Origin: Candidatus Pacearchaeota archaeon
GTDB taxonomy: Archaea; Nanobdellota; Nanobdellia; Pacearchaeales; UBA284
DNA: 32,000 nt
Reading direction: 5' to 3'
Assembly: GCA_026016245.1 (NCBI GenBank)
Contig: CP061211.1
Location: forward strand, 450,001-482,000
Notes under the pieces: generated by a model
Told to the model about the DNA's origin: nothing
The model's input: the letters and a program-made list of their open reading frames with translations, nothing else
The model's database searches: none
Position numbers and translations under genes: made by a program
Shown: piece after piece, positions 18,364-25,359 of the stretch
How the letters are laid out: every line of letters starts with the position of its first letter
How positions within the stretch are numbered: the first letter of the stretch is position 1

Positions 18364-19374
18364 TTAACTTATATTTTTCTTTTTGCACCACCATTTAAGT
18401 ATCGAAGCATTTCCAAGCCATGTTGAGATCAGGTCAATAAAAAGCCCTGCTGACAAGATGAAGAAAATTTGTTTAAGTACAGAGGATTGGGCTACAAAAA
18501 ATCCTATAAGAACAGCAATTAAAGAGGTTATTGTCATTGTCAAGCCTGTACGAGCTGCTGATTTTATTCTATTGTTTAGCTCTCCCTCTCCTCTTCTCTT
18601 GATAAGTTTTGTTGTTAACATTACATCTGTATCAACACTATAACCAACAAGCATTAAGAAAGCTGCTATGCCTGCTGTTGATATATGAAATCCAAATAAA
18701 TTAGCTATGGTTAAAGCTCCTACAATATCCATGACTGCAGCAAGTATTACAGCTAATGAAGGAACAATTTTTCTAAAAATAATGAAAACAACTAGGCCCA
18801 TGATTACAAATGCTATAGCCAAAGCAATAATCATCTGTTTGTAGAAACTCTCACTTAAACTAGCTCCACTTATCTCTAGACTTGAATTTGAACTATCTAA
18901 TTGATAACCTAGAAATTCTTCAAGAGAGCTGGTTGCAGTTTCAGAATCAGATTTTGTCTCAACTACAATACCTATCTGCTTTCTTGTTGTTATATCCTCT
19001 AATTTCCTTACATTAATATCTTCTAGCTTGCTTGCCAAAGTATTTTCCATATTCTGGAGATCAATCTCTTCTTCAGTATAGATTGTAATGACTGTTCCTC
19101 CTGTCAAAGTCACATCTTTAAACATAATATCACCATGTTGGGCATAAAAAAAGCCAACATAAGCAAAACAAGCAATAAGAATGATAATAGATATTAGAAG
19201 AAGTTTTTTATAATTCTTGTCATACCATTCAGAACCACTAAGCTTTGGTTTTTTAGGTTTTTCTTCTTTCTCTATTTTCTTTTCTAGCTCTTGTTTTGGT
19301 TTTTCTTCCTTTTTCTCTTCTTTTATCTCTGGTTTCCCTTCCCTTCTCTCCTCTGGTTTTTCTTCCTCGTTCAT
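18364..19374 (-). CDS. secF: Protein-export membrane protein SecF
   Basis: C-terminal TM bundle with GYSVDTDVMLT. It lies immediately upstream of secD. There is a ~45-aa E/K/P-rich N-terminal extension. Confidence 0.85.
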   Translation of the reverse strand: MNEEEKPEERREGKPEIKEEKKEEKPKQELEKKIEKEEKPKKPKLSGSEWYDKNYKKLLLISIIILIACFAYVGFFYAQHGDIMFKDVTLTGGTVITIYTEEEIDLQNMENTLASKLEDINVRKLEDITTRKQIGIVVETKSDSETATSSLEEFLGYQLDSSNSSLEISGASLSESFYKQMIIALAIAFVIMGLVVFIIFRKIVPSLAVILAAVMDIVGALTIANLFGFHISTAGIAAFLMLVGYSVDTDVMLTTKLIKRRGEGELNNRIKSAARTGLTMTITSLIAVLIGFFVAQSSVLKQIFFILSAGLFIDLISTWLGNASILKWWCKKKNIS

Positions 19375-19417
19375 TTTAATGTTTAGGTATTTTAATTTAA
19401 AAACTTTCTCACTAAGA

Positions 19418-19426
19418 TTTTTAAAG
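19418..19426 (+). promoter_or_regulatory. TATA-like box upstream of tRNA-Gly
   Basis: TTTTTAAAG is centred about 27 nt upstream of the predicted mature 5' end (19449). The AT-rich background makes this weak evidence. Confidence 0.3.
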
Positions 19427-19448
19427 AAAATTTTCCTGTTATTTATAG

Positions 19449-19565
19449 GCGCCAGTAGTCTAATGGTAGGACATTAGCCTTCCAAATAAGGGCAAGCCCT
19501 TATCAACCCAAATGCTTACCTAATAAAGAAAGCTAATGATCTGGGTTCGAGTCCCGGCTGGCGCA
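19449..19565 (+). tRNA. tRNA-Gly(UCC) with a ~46-nt intron after position 37
   Basis: Hand fold: acceptor GCGCCAG/CTGGCGC, D arm GTCT-AATGGTA-GGAC, anticodon stem TTAGC/GCTAA, loop CTTCCAA (TCC at 19481-19483), T arm CTGGG-TTCGAGT-CCCGG, discriminator A. About 46 nt (~19485-19530) interrupt the anticodon loop. No encoded CCA. Confidence 0.8.
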
Positions 19566-19620
19566 TATTTTTCTATAGTCTTTTCGATAATCTTAAATAT
19601 AAATTATTCATTCTGATATT

Positions 19621-20847
19621 ATGGTTTTTAATTTTTTAAAACGCAAGAAAGAAAAAAAAGAAATTACTTTCCCTGAACTAGAAAAATGGTTAGACGAAGA
19701 TGGAAATGTTATAGATATTTTAAACAAATTTAAACAAAAAACTGAAACATACTTTGAACAGATAAATGAAGCTCTTAATAGAATAAAGGAAAATTTAATA
19801 GCATTAAAATCAGTAAAGCTTACCGATAGAAAAGTTAATGAAAGAATTAAATTGATGGTATTACAGAATAGAGATGTTTATGTTAAATATCTTGAAAAAT
19901 TAATAGCTGCTATTGAAAAGCAGACAGAAAAAAGTAATAGTTTAAAGGAAATTGAAGATTTTGTTGTTTTTACTTCCACACAACTTGATAACTTTTCAAA
20001 ACAGAGTTTTAGGAATTTTCACATAATGACAGAACTCATAGGTAAAGAATCAGAAATTATTGTTAGGGACATAAAAAAAATCAACAATGTAATTAACAAA
20101 CTACAAAAAATTGATAAGAAGGAAATCAAAGTGATTGAAGATATTAAAGAAAATATAAAAGATATCAACAGAAAAAAAGAGAGAAATCAAAGCTTAATAA
20201 TAAATCTTGAAAAAAATCAAAAAAAGATAGCTGATATTAATGATAAGATAAAAGATGCTGAAAAAAAGAATGAAAAAATCAAAAAAAGTGATGATTGGAA
20301 AAAAAGAGAGATGCTAGCAGAGAAAGTTAGTTTATTAAAAAAAGAGCTTGCTAAAAATGATGTTGAAGCAAAAGCGCTTTTCTTGTCAATAGAAAAAGCA
20401 ATTAAAAAATATGCTTGGAAAGAGAAAGATAAAAAATTACTTGATTACATTAAAAATCCGATTGCAAGACTTAAAGAAGATAAGGAACTTAAAATAGTTC
20501 GTACCTTAGAAGAGATTGAAACAGATATAAAAGAAGGTAGTATAAAACTTGATAAAAGAACAGAATCTAGAATATTAAAAAATATTAAGGTTCTTAGTAA
20601 GGAAAAATTGAACGAATTCTTAAATAAAAAAGAAGAATTAAAACAGAATATTCAAAAATTTAGTGTAGAGGTTGATAGTATTAAAATTGTGTTTATAAGT
20701 TTAACAGAACTAAATAATAAAAAAGATGAAATTACCCAAGAAATTCTGAAACTTGAAAAAATGAAAAAAGATTTTGAGCAAGAAATAATTAACAGAAAAA
20801 ATGAAATTAAAGTTATTATAGAAACTATCGGTGGGAATCTAAAATGA
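19621..20847 (+). CDS. Hypothetical K/E-rich coiled-coil protein
   Basis: 408 aa, almost entirely heptad-like charged helices, with no catalytic motif that I recognise. The stop overlaps the next gene's start (ATGA). Confidence 0.5.
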   Translation: MVFNFLKRKKEKKEITFPELEKWLDEDGNVIDILNKFKQKTETYFEQINEALNRIKENLIALKSVKLTDRKVNERIKLMVLQNRDVYVKYLEKLIAAIEKQTEKSNSLKEIEDFVVFTSTQLDNFSKQSFRNFHIMTELIGKESEIIVRDIKKINNVINKLQKIDKKEIKVIEDIKENIKDINRKKERNQSLIINLEKNQKKIADINDKIKDAEKKNEKIKKSDDWKKREMLAEKVSLLKKELAKNDVEAKALFLSIEKAIKKYAWKEKDKKLLDYIKNPIARLKEDKELKIVRTLEEIETDIKEGSIKLDKRTESRILKNIKVLSKEKLNEFLNKKEELKQNIQKFSVEVDSIKIVFISLTELNNKKDEITQEILKLEKMKKDFEQEIINRKNEIKVIIETIGGNLK

Positions 20848-21320
20848 AAATATCAATAAGAAAGGGGTTTGGTTTTGGGCTTACTTCTGGAATCATCACC
20901 ACTCTTGGCTTGATTGTGGGGCTATATTCAGGAACTCACTCTAAACTGATTGTTTTAAGTGGAATCTTAGTCATAGCAATAGCTGATGCCTTCTCAGATT
21001 CTTTAGGCATTCATATTTCTGAAGAAGCAGGAAGTAAAACTACTACAACAAAGGAAATTTGGGAAAGCACTTTTTCCACTTTCTTGTTCAAACTTCTTTT
21101 TGCTTTAATTTTTATTATTCCAATCTTACTTTTAGAATTGCAGACAGCGATAATTGCTAGTGTTATTATTGGTCTATTTCTTATCTCTGTCTTTAGTTAT
21201 TATGTGGCCAAGAGCAAAAAATTAAATTCCACCAAAGCAGTAGTTGAGCATTTGATTATAGCTATAGCTGTGATAGTAATAACTCATTTTATTGGAGATT
21301 TGGCCTCAAAAATTATTTAG
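20844..21320 (+). CDS. VIT1/CCC1-family-like small membrane protein
   Basis: GFGLTSGIITTLGLIVGL and LVIAIADAFSDSLGIHISEE resemble the VIT-family membrane domain (G-x-x-D-G ... A-x-S-M-x-x-G-E-Y region, degenerate here). No N-terminal ferritin-like domain. Confidence 0.5.
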   Translation: MKISIRKGFGFGLTSGIITTLGLIVGLYSGTHSKLIVLSGILVIAIADAFSDSLGIHISEEAGSKTTTTKEIWESTFSTFLFKLLFALIFIIPILLLELQTAIIASVIIGLFLISVFSYYVAKSKKLNSTKAVVEHLIIAIAVIVITHFIGDLASKII

Positions 21321-21331
21321 AACTCTGGAAA

Positions 21332-21577
21332 TTAATATCTAATTTCTAAATTTCTTGATTTTGCTTCCCTGATTAATGAAGAAGGACATCTCCTGTTAGA
21401 AAAAGCACATACCAAACAACATTTCGCTTGTGGGGTTTCTACTTTTTTCTTACATTTTTTGCATTCGATAGAATAAATTCCTTTTTCTGAGGAAACATAA
21501 ATCCGATTGCCTTTTCCACAAAAAGGGCATTTTATCGTTACTGTTTTTGGTATTTTCATAATTCTTTTTCTAGCCAT
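21332..21577 (-). CDS. Hypothetical Cys-rich zinc-ribbon protein
   Basis: CPFC-x18-CKKC pair plus CCLVC...C. The tracked ORF start (21619) runs into tRNA-Arg, so I trimmed to the Met at 21577 (MARKRIMKIPK...). A Met at 21559 is an alternative start. Confidence 0.45.
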   Translation of the reverse strand: MARKRIMKIPKTVTIKCPFCGKGNRIYVSSEKGIYSIECKKCKKKVETPQAKCCLVCAFSNRRCPSSLIREAKSRNLEIRY

Positions 21578-21592
21578 TTTGAAATTAAAAAA

Positions 21593-21666
21593 CGCTCCCG
21601 GTGGGAGTTGAACCCACAACCTACAGCTTAGGAGGCTGTCGCGCTATCCAATTGCGCCACGGGAGC
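21593..21666 (-). tRNA. tRNA-Arg(CCU)
   Basis: The reverse complement folds as GCTCCCG-TG-GCGC-AATTGGATA-GCGC-G-ACAGC-CTCCTAA-GCTGT-AGGTT-GTGGG-TTCAACT-CCCAC-CGGGAGC-G. All stems are Watson-Crick. No CCA encoded; followed by T6. Confidence 0.9.
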
Positions 21667-21667
21667 A

Positions 21668-21751
21668 TGCGGGAGACAGGATTCGAACCTGCGTAGGCAC
21701 TAAGCCAATGGATCTTGAGTCCATCCCGTTTGACCACTCCGGCACTCCCGC
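21668..21751 (-). tRNA. tRNA-Leu(CAA), class II with long variable arm
   Basis: The reverse complement reads GCGGGAG-TG-CCG-GAGTGGTCAAA-CGG-G-ATGGA-CTCAAGA-TCCAT-TGGCTTAGTGCCTAC-GCAGG-TTCGAAT-CCTGT-CTCCCGC-A. Confidence 0.9.
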
Positions 21752-21775
21752 ATAATAGAATTAGTTATTCTTTAC

Positions 21776-21783
21776 TTATAAAA
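21776..21783. promoter_or_regulatory. Near-palindromic TATA-like box (TTATAAAA) upstream of tRNA-Leu(CAA)
   Basis: Centred ~27-28 nt from the tRNA-Leu 5' end (21751) on the minus strand, and ~27 nt from position ~21806 on the plus strand. Confidence 0.3.
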
Positions 21784-21800
21784 TTTTAGAAACAGTTATA

Positions 21801-21910
21801 GAAGGTAGAAAGGATCTAGGTAATCTTCCGAAGAAGATATTAAGTAAGCACCGAAGTGCCATACTGCAAATCCTAGATTATCCCCACCTTCTCTTCTTGT
21901 GGGAGTTTTT
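21801..21910. ncRNA. Candidate structured small RNA of unknown class (strand unresolved)
   Basis: In the tRNA-5S spacer there is nested complementarity. GAAGGT (21801-06) pairs with ACCTTC (21886-91). ATCTAGG (21814-20) pairs with CCTAGAT (21872-78). Two internal hairpins are ATCTTC-CGAA-GAAGAT (21823-38) and GCAC-CGAA-GTGC (21848-59). A T5 tract lies at 21906-10. Confidence 0.3.
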
Positions 21911-21940
21911 ATTTATTTAAAATTTTTGGTATTAGAAAAG

Positions 21941-21948
21941 ATTTAAAA
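21941..21948 (+). promoter_or_regulatory. TATA-like box upstream of 5S rRNA
   Basis: ATTTAAAA is centred ~27 nt upstream of the first base of the 5S terminal helix (21971). Confidence 0.35.
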
Positions 21949-21970
21949 GTCTTTTTTGGTTTATATTTAT

Positions 21971-22082
<112 letters not shown>

Positions 22083-22090
22083 TTTTCTTT
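22083..22090 (+). terminator. Oligo-T tract after 5S rRNA
   Basis: TTTTCTTT lies directly after the 5S terminal helix. Archaeal RNA polymerase terminates at T-runs. Confidence 0.3.
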
Positions 22091-22101
22091 AATATGATAA
22101 A

Positions 22102-22401
22102 ATGAGAAAAGAAGCTGATAAATTAATTCTTGATAATATTTGGAAGTTATTCATGTTCGCAAAAAAAGAGTCTAAAAAAAGACCAAAGCTTGCAAAAAAA
22201 TATGTTATGATGGTAAGGAAGCTAGCTAAAAGAAGTAATATTTCTTTGAGAAAGTATAGGAGAAAATTTTGCCATAAATGTAATGCTTATTTTGTTCCTG
22301 GCAAAAATATCAAAATTAGAATATCTAAAGGTAAGGTTTCTGTGAAATGTCTTGAATGCGGTCATTATTCTAGATATGTTTTGAAAGGAGGTATAAAATA
22401 G
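22102..22401 (+). CDS. rnp4: RNase P protein component 4 (Rpr2/RPP21 family)
   Basis: 99 aa with a basic helical N-terminus (AKKYVMMVRKLAKRSNISL) and the zinc ribbon CHKC-x18-CLEC, typical of archaeal Rpr2. Confidence 0.75.
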   Translation: MRKEADKLILDNIWKLFMFAKKESKKRPKLAKKYVMMVRKLAKRSNISLRKYRRKFCHKCNAYFVPGKNIKIRISKGKVSVKCLECGHYSRYVLKGGIK

Positions 22402-22402
22402 A

Positions 22403-22561
22403 ATGGCTTTTTTAAGCGTGGGTATCTCAGGACTTATTTTAGGAATACTTGCCATTATCTTTGGTATATTGGTTTTGACTTTTCCTAAAATATTGAGGTA
22501 TTTAGTTGGATTTTATTTTGTAATAGTAGGTATTATTGCAGTAATTAATGCTGTGTTGTAA
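22403..22561 (+). CDS. Hypothetical 52-aa two-TM membrane protein
   Basis: My translation is MAFLSVGISGLILGILAIIFGILVLTFPKILRYLVGFYFVIVGIIAVINAVL. It starts 2 nt after the rnp4 stop. It is absent from the ORF track provided. Confidence 0.4.
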   Translation: MAFLSVGISGLILGILAIIFGILVLTFPKILRYLVGFYFVIVGIIAVINAVL

Positions 22562-22567
22562 AAAGAA

Positions 22568-22765
22568 TTAGAATTTTTTGAATTTGCTTGTTAGCTCTAG
22601 CAAATCAACATGTCCTAAAAATATTGCCCTACAGCAATATCTTTCTAATCCTAGATCATCTAGCACTTTTTTAGGATCTTCACCTCTTGACACTCTTTCT
22701 TTGAATTTTTTCCATAAATGTGCTATAGGCTTACCACATGAAAAACATCTTATTGGGATTATCAT
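22568..22765 (-). CDS. rpoN: DNA-directed RNA polymerase subunit N (Rpo10)
   Basis: [14 protein letters not shown]...YCCR zinc-binding signature, 65 aa. Confidence 0.9.
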   Translation of the reverse strand: MIIPIRCFSCGKPIAHLWKKFKERVSRGEDPKKVLDDLGLERYCCRAIFLGHVDLLELTSKFKKF

Positions 22766-22807
22766 CTTATTCTTTATGTTTGTTCTTAATGATTTTTATT
22801 TTTAAAT

Positions 22808-23248
22808 TTATCTATAGGATTTTTGTCTTTTTCTCCTAGCTTTGCTGTCCCCTGGCTTATACATCTCCTTATGTCTGGTATCAGCAATAAGCAAAGATCT
22901 GTCATAATTTAGGAATGCCTTTTTTAGCTCCTGATTTTTTGTGAAAACTACCAAAGCGCGTGCTATAGCCAGCCTAGAAGCCTCTACCTGGCTTTCTACT
23001 CCGCCACCCCTCACTGCTACTTCAATATCTATCTCTTTCAGCTCTTCTTTAAGTATGTTTTCTGCTATCATTAATGGCTCTTTTAAAATTAAGTTTTGGA
23101 ATTTAGTAAAGAGATCTATTGGTTTTTGATTTATCCTAATTATGCCTGTTCCTGGCTTGATTGTTGCTCTAGCAACACTTCTCTTACGCATGCCACTAAC
23201 CACTATTATTTTTGGTTTCTTTTCTTTTGTTTTGGATTTTCTTGGCAT
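22808..23248 (-). CDS. rps9: 30S ribosomal protein S9 (uS9)
   Basis: GGGVESQVEASRLAIARAL and the C-terminal ARRKRQKSYR. Confidence 0.9.
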   Translation of the reverse strand: MPRKSKTKEKKPKIIVVSGMRKRSVARATIKPGTGIIRINQKPIDLFTKFQNLILKEPLMIAENILKEELKEIDIEVAVRGGGVESQVEASRLAIARALVVFTKNQELKKAFLNYDRSLLIADTRHKEMYKPGDSKARRKRQKSYR

Positions 23249-23255
23249 TTTTATT

Positions 23256-23678
23256 TTATTTTTGTCTTATTAATTCACTTAATCTGCCTAGTGTGATAAA
23301 ATTTAATGCTTCTCTCTTGAATACAGATATTTTTTCATCATTAGTGTATTTTTCAGGCATCCCTTCATAACACTTGACACGTTTGAAAGCCTCTCTTCCT
23401 TTTGTTTTTTTCCAGCCTATCATTCCTCTTATAGCTCTCCTTAACATTGCCTCTGATTTTCTGGGAAAAAGAGGCCCTTTTTGTACTCCTCTACCAAGCC
23501 TAAATTTCTTTAGATAGCTTTCTAGTATTTGTTTTGGTCTTCCGATGATTATTGCCTCTTCACTATTAACTATAATGATAAAATTGCCCTGCAAAGCTTT
23601 TTTAGCAGCAAAACTAGAAAGCCTGCCAACTACAGCTCCTTTTGCGTCAATAATAATTTCTTTTATTTTTTCTTTCAT
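23256..23678 (-). CDS. rpl13: 50S ribosomal protein L13 (uL13)
   Basis: IIDAKGAVVGRLSSFAAKKALQG...IVNSE and its conserved operon position. Confidence 0.9.
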   Translation of the reverse strand: MKEKIKEIIIDAKGAVVGRLSSFAAKKALQGNFIIIVNSEEAIIIGRPKQILESYLKKFRLGRGVQKGPLFPRKSEAMLRRAIRGMIGWKKTKGREAFKRVKCYEGMPEKYTNDEKISVFKREALNFITLGRLSELIRQK

Positions 23679-23679
23679 T

Positions 23680-24063
23680 TTATATGATTATTCTTACATT
23701 TAGTCCTTTAAATTTAGATATTTTTTCAGCCAACTCTTTTATAGATAAAAGCTCGGCTTTTTTGGTAAGTCTTTTTTTTGCTTTATCGGAAAATTTAAAT
23801 GCAGCTATGATCAATTTGTGATTTAAAGTGCCTCTACTTAATATTTTTCCTGGAACAATCACAACTTCATCTCCTTCAGTCAGCTTGTTTATTTTATCTA
23901 TATTAACGCTGATTGCTTTTTTTCTTGGTCTTGATAAATACTTGGCTGTTTGATGCCATAGAGGCTTTTTTTGTTTGTTTAGAAAAATAACTAAGTCTTT
24001 TACTTCAGGATCTGTTTTTTTGCTTATTCTTTTCCTTATTCTTGTTTTGCTGATTTTTTTCAT
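23680..24063 (-). CDS. rpl18e: 50S ribosomal protein L18e (eL18)
   Basis: 127 aa, basic, with VVIVPGKILSRGTL. It sits between rpoD and rpl13, as is conserved in archaea. Confidence 0.8.
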   Translation of the reverse strand: MKKISKTRIRKRISKKTDPEVKDLVIFLNKQKKPLWHQTAKYLSRPRKKAISVNIDKINKLTEGDEVVIVPGKILSRGTLNHKLIIAAFKFSDKAKKRLTKKAELLSIKELAEKISKFKGLNVRIII

Positions 24064-24069
24064 TTTCTA

Positions 24070-24153
24070 TGCGGAAGACAGGATTCGAACCTGCGTAGGC
24101 ACTAAGCCACATGGACCTTAGCCATGCCCGTTTGACCACTCCGGCACTCCCGC
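24070..24153 (-). tRNA. tRNA-Leu with apparent AAG anticodon (class II)
   Basis: The reverse complement reads GCGGGAG-TG-CCG-GAGTGGTCAAA-CGG-G-CATGG-CTAAGGT-CCATG-TGGCTTAGTGCCTAC-GCAGG-TTCGAAT-CCTGT-CTTCCGC-A. Loop positions 34-36 are AAG (24119-24117). The body is near-identical to the tRNA-Leu at 21668-21751. Confidence 0.8.
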
Positions 24154-24168
24154 GCCATTATTTGCTTA

Positions 24169-24963
24169 TTATTTTGTGGTCTTAAATTTTTTAATCTGCT
24201 TCTCAAATTCTTTGAGATTATTATCTAAACTATTTATAGCATCAACAAATATTTCTTCTGATTTAAGCTGACCAAAACTTTCTATATAAAAAATAAAGTC
24301 TTCCTCACTTGGCTTTATGCTTATAGAACATTTTTCTTTATTTTTTAAGAATTCAACACAAGCTTCACAAATATCACATTTAAGAGGATCAATTATTAAT
24401 TTTTTATCTTTAAAGCTGATTGCCTTTCTAGGACAAATATCAATGCATTCTGTACATTCAGAACAACCTTTTATGTCAATAATAGGAAATGAATTAAACC
24501 ATACTAACCCTGGTGTAAATTTTGCATGCTCTCTACCTGTTCCTAATGTGGCTTGCGCAGTTAATTGAAGCTCTTGATCTTTAGCAAGTAAGACAATAGG
24601 CATCTCAGGATAAACTATTTCCATACCTTTTGTTTTCAGGTCTTTAGCATTTACCATAGCAGGTCCTTTTGCCTTAAGCTTAAGTGCTGCAGTGCATTTT
24701 AGACAGCCTTTTCCCTTACAAGTACATTTTTTCCTTGGTGTAAATGTTTTTGTTGATTTTAGTGGAATCAGGCCTATCCTATGAGCAAGCATCTCATCAT
24801 AAAGAGCTGAATCATTCTTGGAAAACTCAACTGTATCAATAGCTAGTATAGGAATTTCAAGAACATTCCTCCTAATTGAATTTGCTATGCTATTATTTAT
24901 TCCTTTAACCAAAAAACTTATCTTTTCCTTAGTTTTAGATATTTTTTCTATTTTTATTGCCAT
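24169..24963 (-). CDS. rpoD: DNA-directed RNA polymerase subunit D (Rpo3) with ferredoxin-like Cys clusters
   Basis: ANSIRR...IPLKS dimerisation-domain motifs, plus CSECTECIDICP and CDICEACV cysteine clusters as in Fe-S-containing archaeal Rpo3. Confidence 0.9.
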   Translation of the reverse strand: MAIKIEKISKTKEKISFLVKGINNSIANSIRRNVLEIPILAIDTVEFSKNDSALYDEMLAHRIGLIPLKSTKTFTPRKKCTCKGKGCLKCTAALKLKAKGPAMVNAKDLKTKGMEIVYPEMPIVLLAKDQELQLTAQATLGTGREHAKFTPGLVWFNSFPIIDIKGCSECTECIDICPRKAISFKDKKLIIDPLKCDICEACVEFLKNKEKCSISIKPSEEDFIFYIESFGQLKSEEIFVDAINSLDNNLKEFEKQIKKFKTTK

Positions 24964-25358
24964 TATACTCTCCTTCCCCTTTTACCGCCTTTTGGCTTAG
25001 GACCTCCCCTTGGCATCGGTGTTACATCTGTAATATTCAGGATTTTTAAACCTTGTCTTGCCAGACTTTTGATAGCAGCATTTGCTCCAGGCCCAGGAGA
25101 TGGAGATAACTTGCCTCCTTTTCCTGAAACTCTCACATATATAGCCCTAATCCCCTGATCTTTTGCTTTTTCAGCTGCTCTTTTTGCAGTAAACATAGCA
25201 ACAGTGGGATTAGCCTTTAGTCTATCGTGTTTTGTAACCTCGCCACCTGAAATTAAAGCTATGGTGCTCCCTGCCATGTCTGTAATATGAACTATAGTAT
25301 TATTATAAGTAGCTCTAATATAAGCTATCCCAGTCCCTTCTAATTTCTTTTCTGCCAT
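24963..25358 (-). CDS. rps11: 30S ribosomal protein S11 (uS11)
   Basis: GIAYIRATYNNTIVHITD...ITDVTPMPRGGPKPKGGKRGRR. Confidence 0.95.
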   Translation of the reverse strand: MAEKKLEGTGIAYIRATYNNTIVHITDMAGSTIALISGGEVTKHDRLKANPTVAMFTAKRAAEKAKDQGIRAIYVRVSGKGGKLSPSPGPGANAAIKSLARQGLKILNITDVTPMPRGGPKPKGGKRGRRV

Positions 25359-25359
25359 T

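Noticed and set aside
21578-21619. N-terminal extension of the zinc-ribbon ORF (tracked start at 21619).
   Set aside because: The extension would be encoded inside tRNA-Arg(CCU) (21593-21666). An in-frame Met at 21577 gives a start outside the tRNA.
21801-21910. The structured spacer element as a miniature RNase P RNA. The idea came from its position next to the tRNAs, 5S and Rpr2, and from AGAAAGG...UUAUC vaguely recalling CR-I/CR-V.
   Set aside because: At ~105 nt it is far too short. The resemblance to GAGGAAAGUCC / ACAGAA..GGCUUAU is only partial. A genome that retains Rpr2/RPP21, a specificity-domain binder, is expected to have a full-size RNase P RNA elsewhere.
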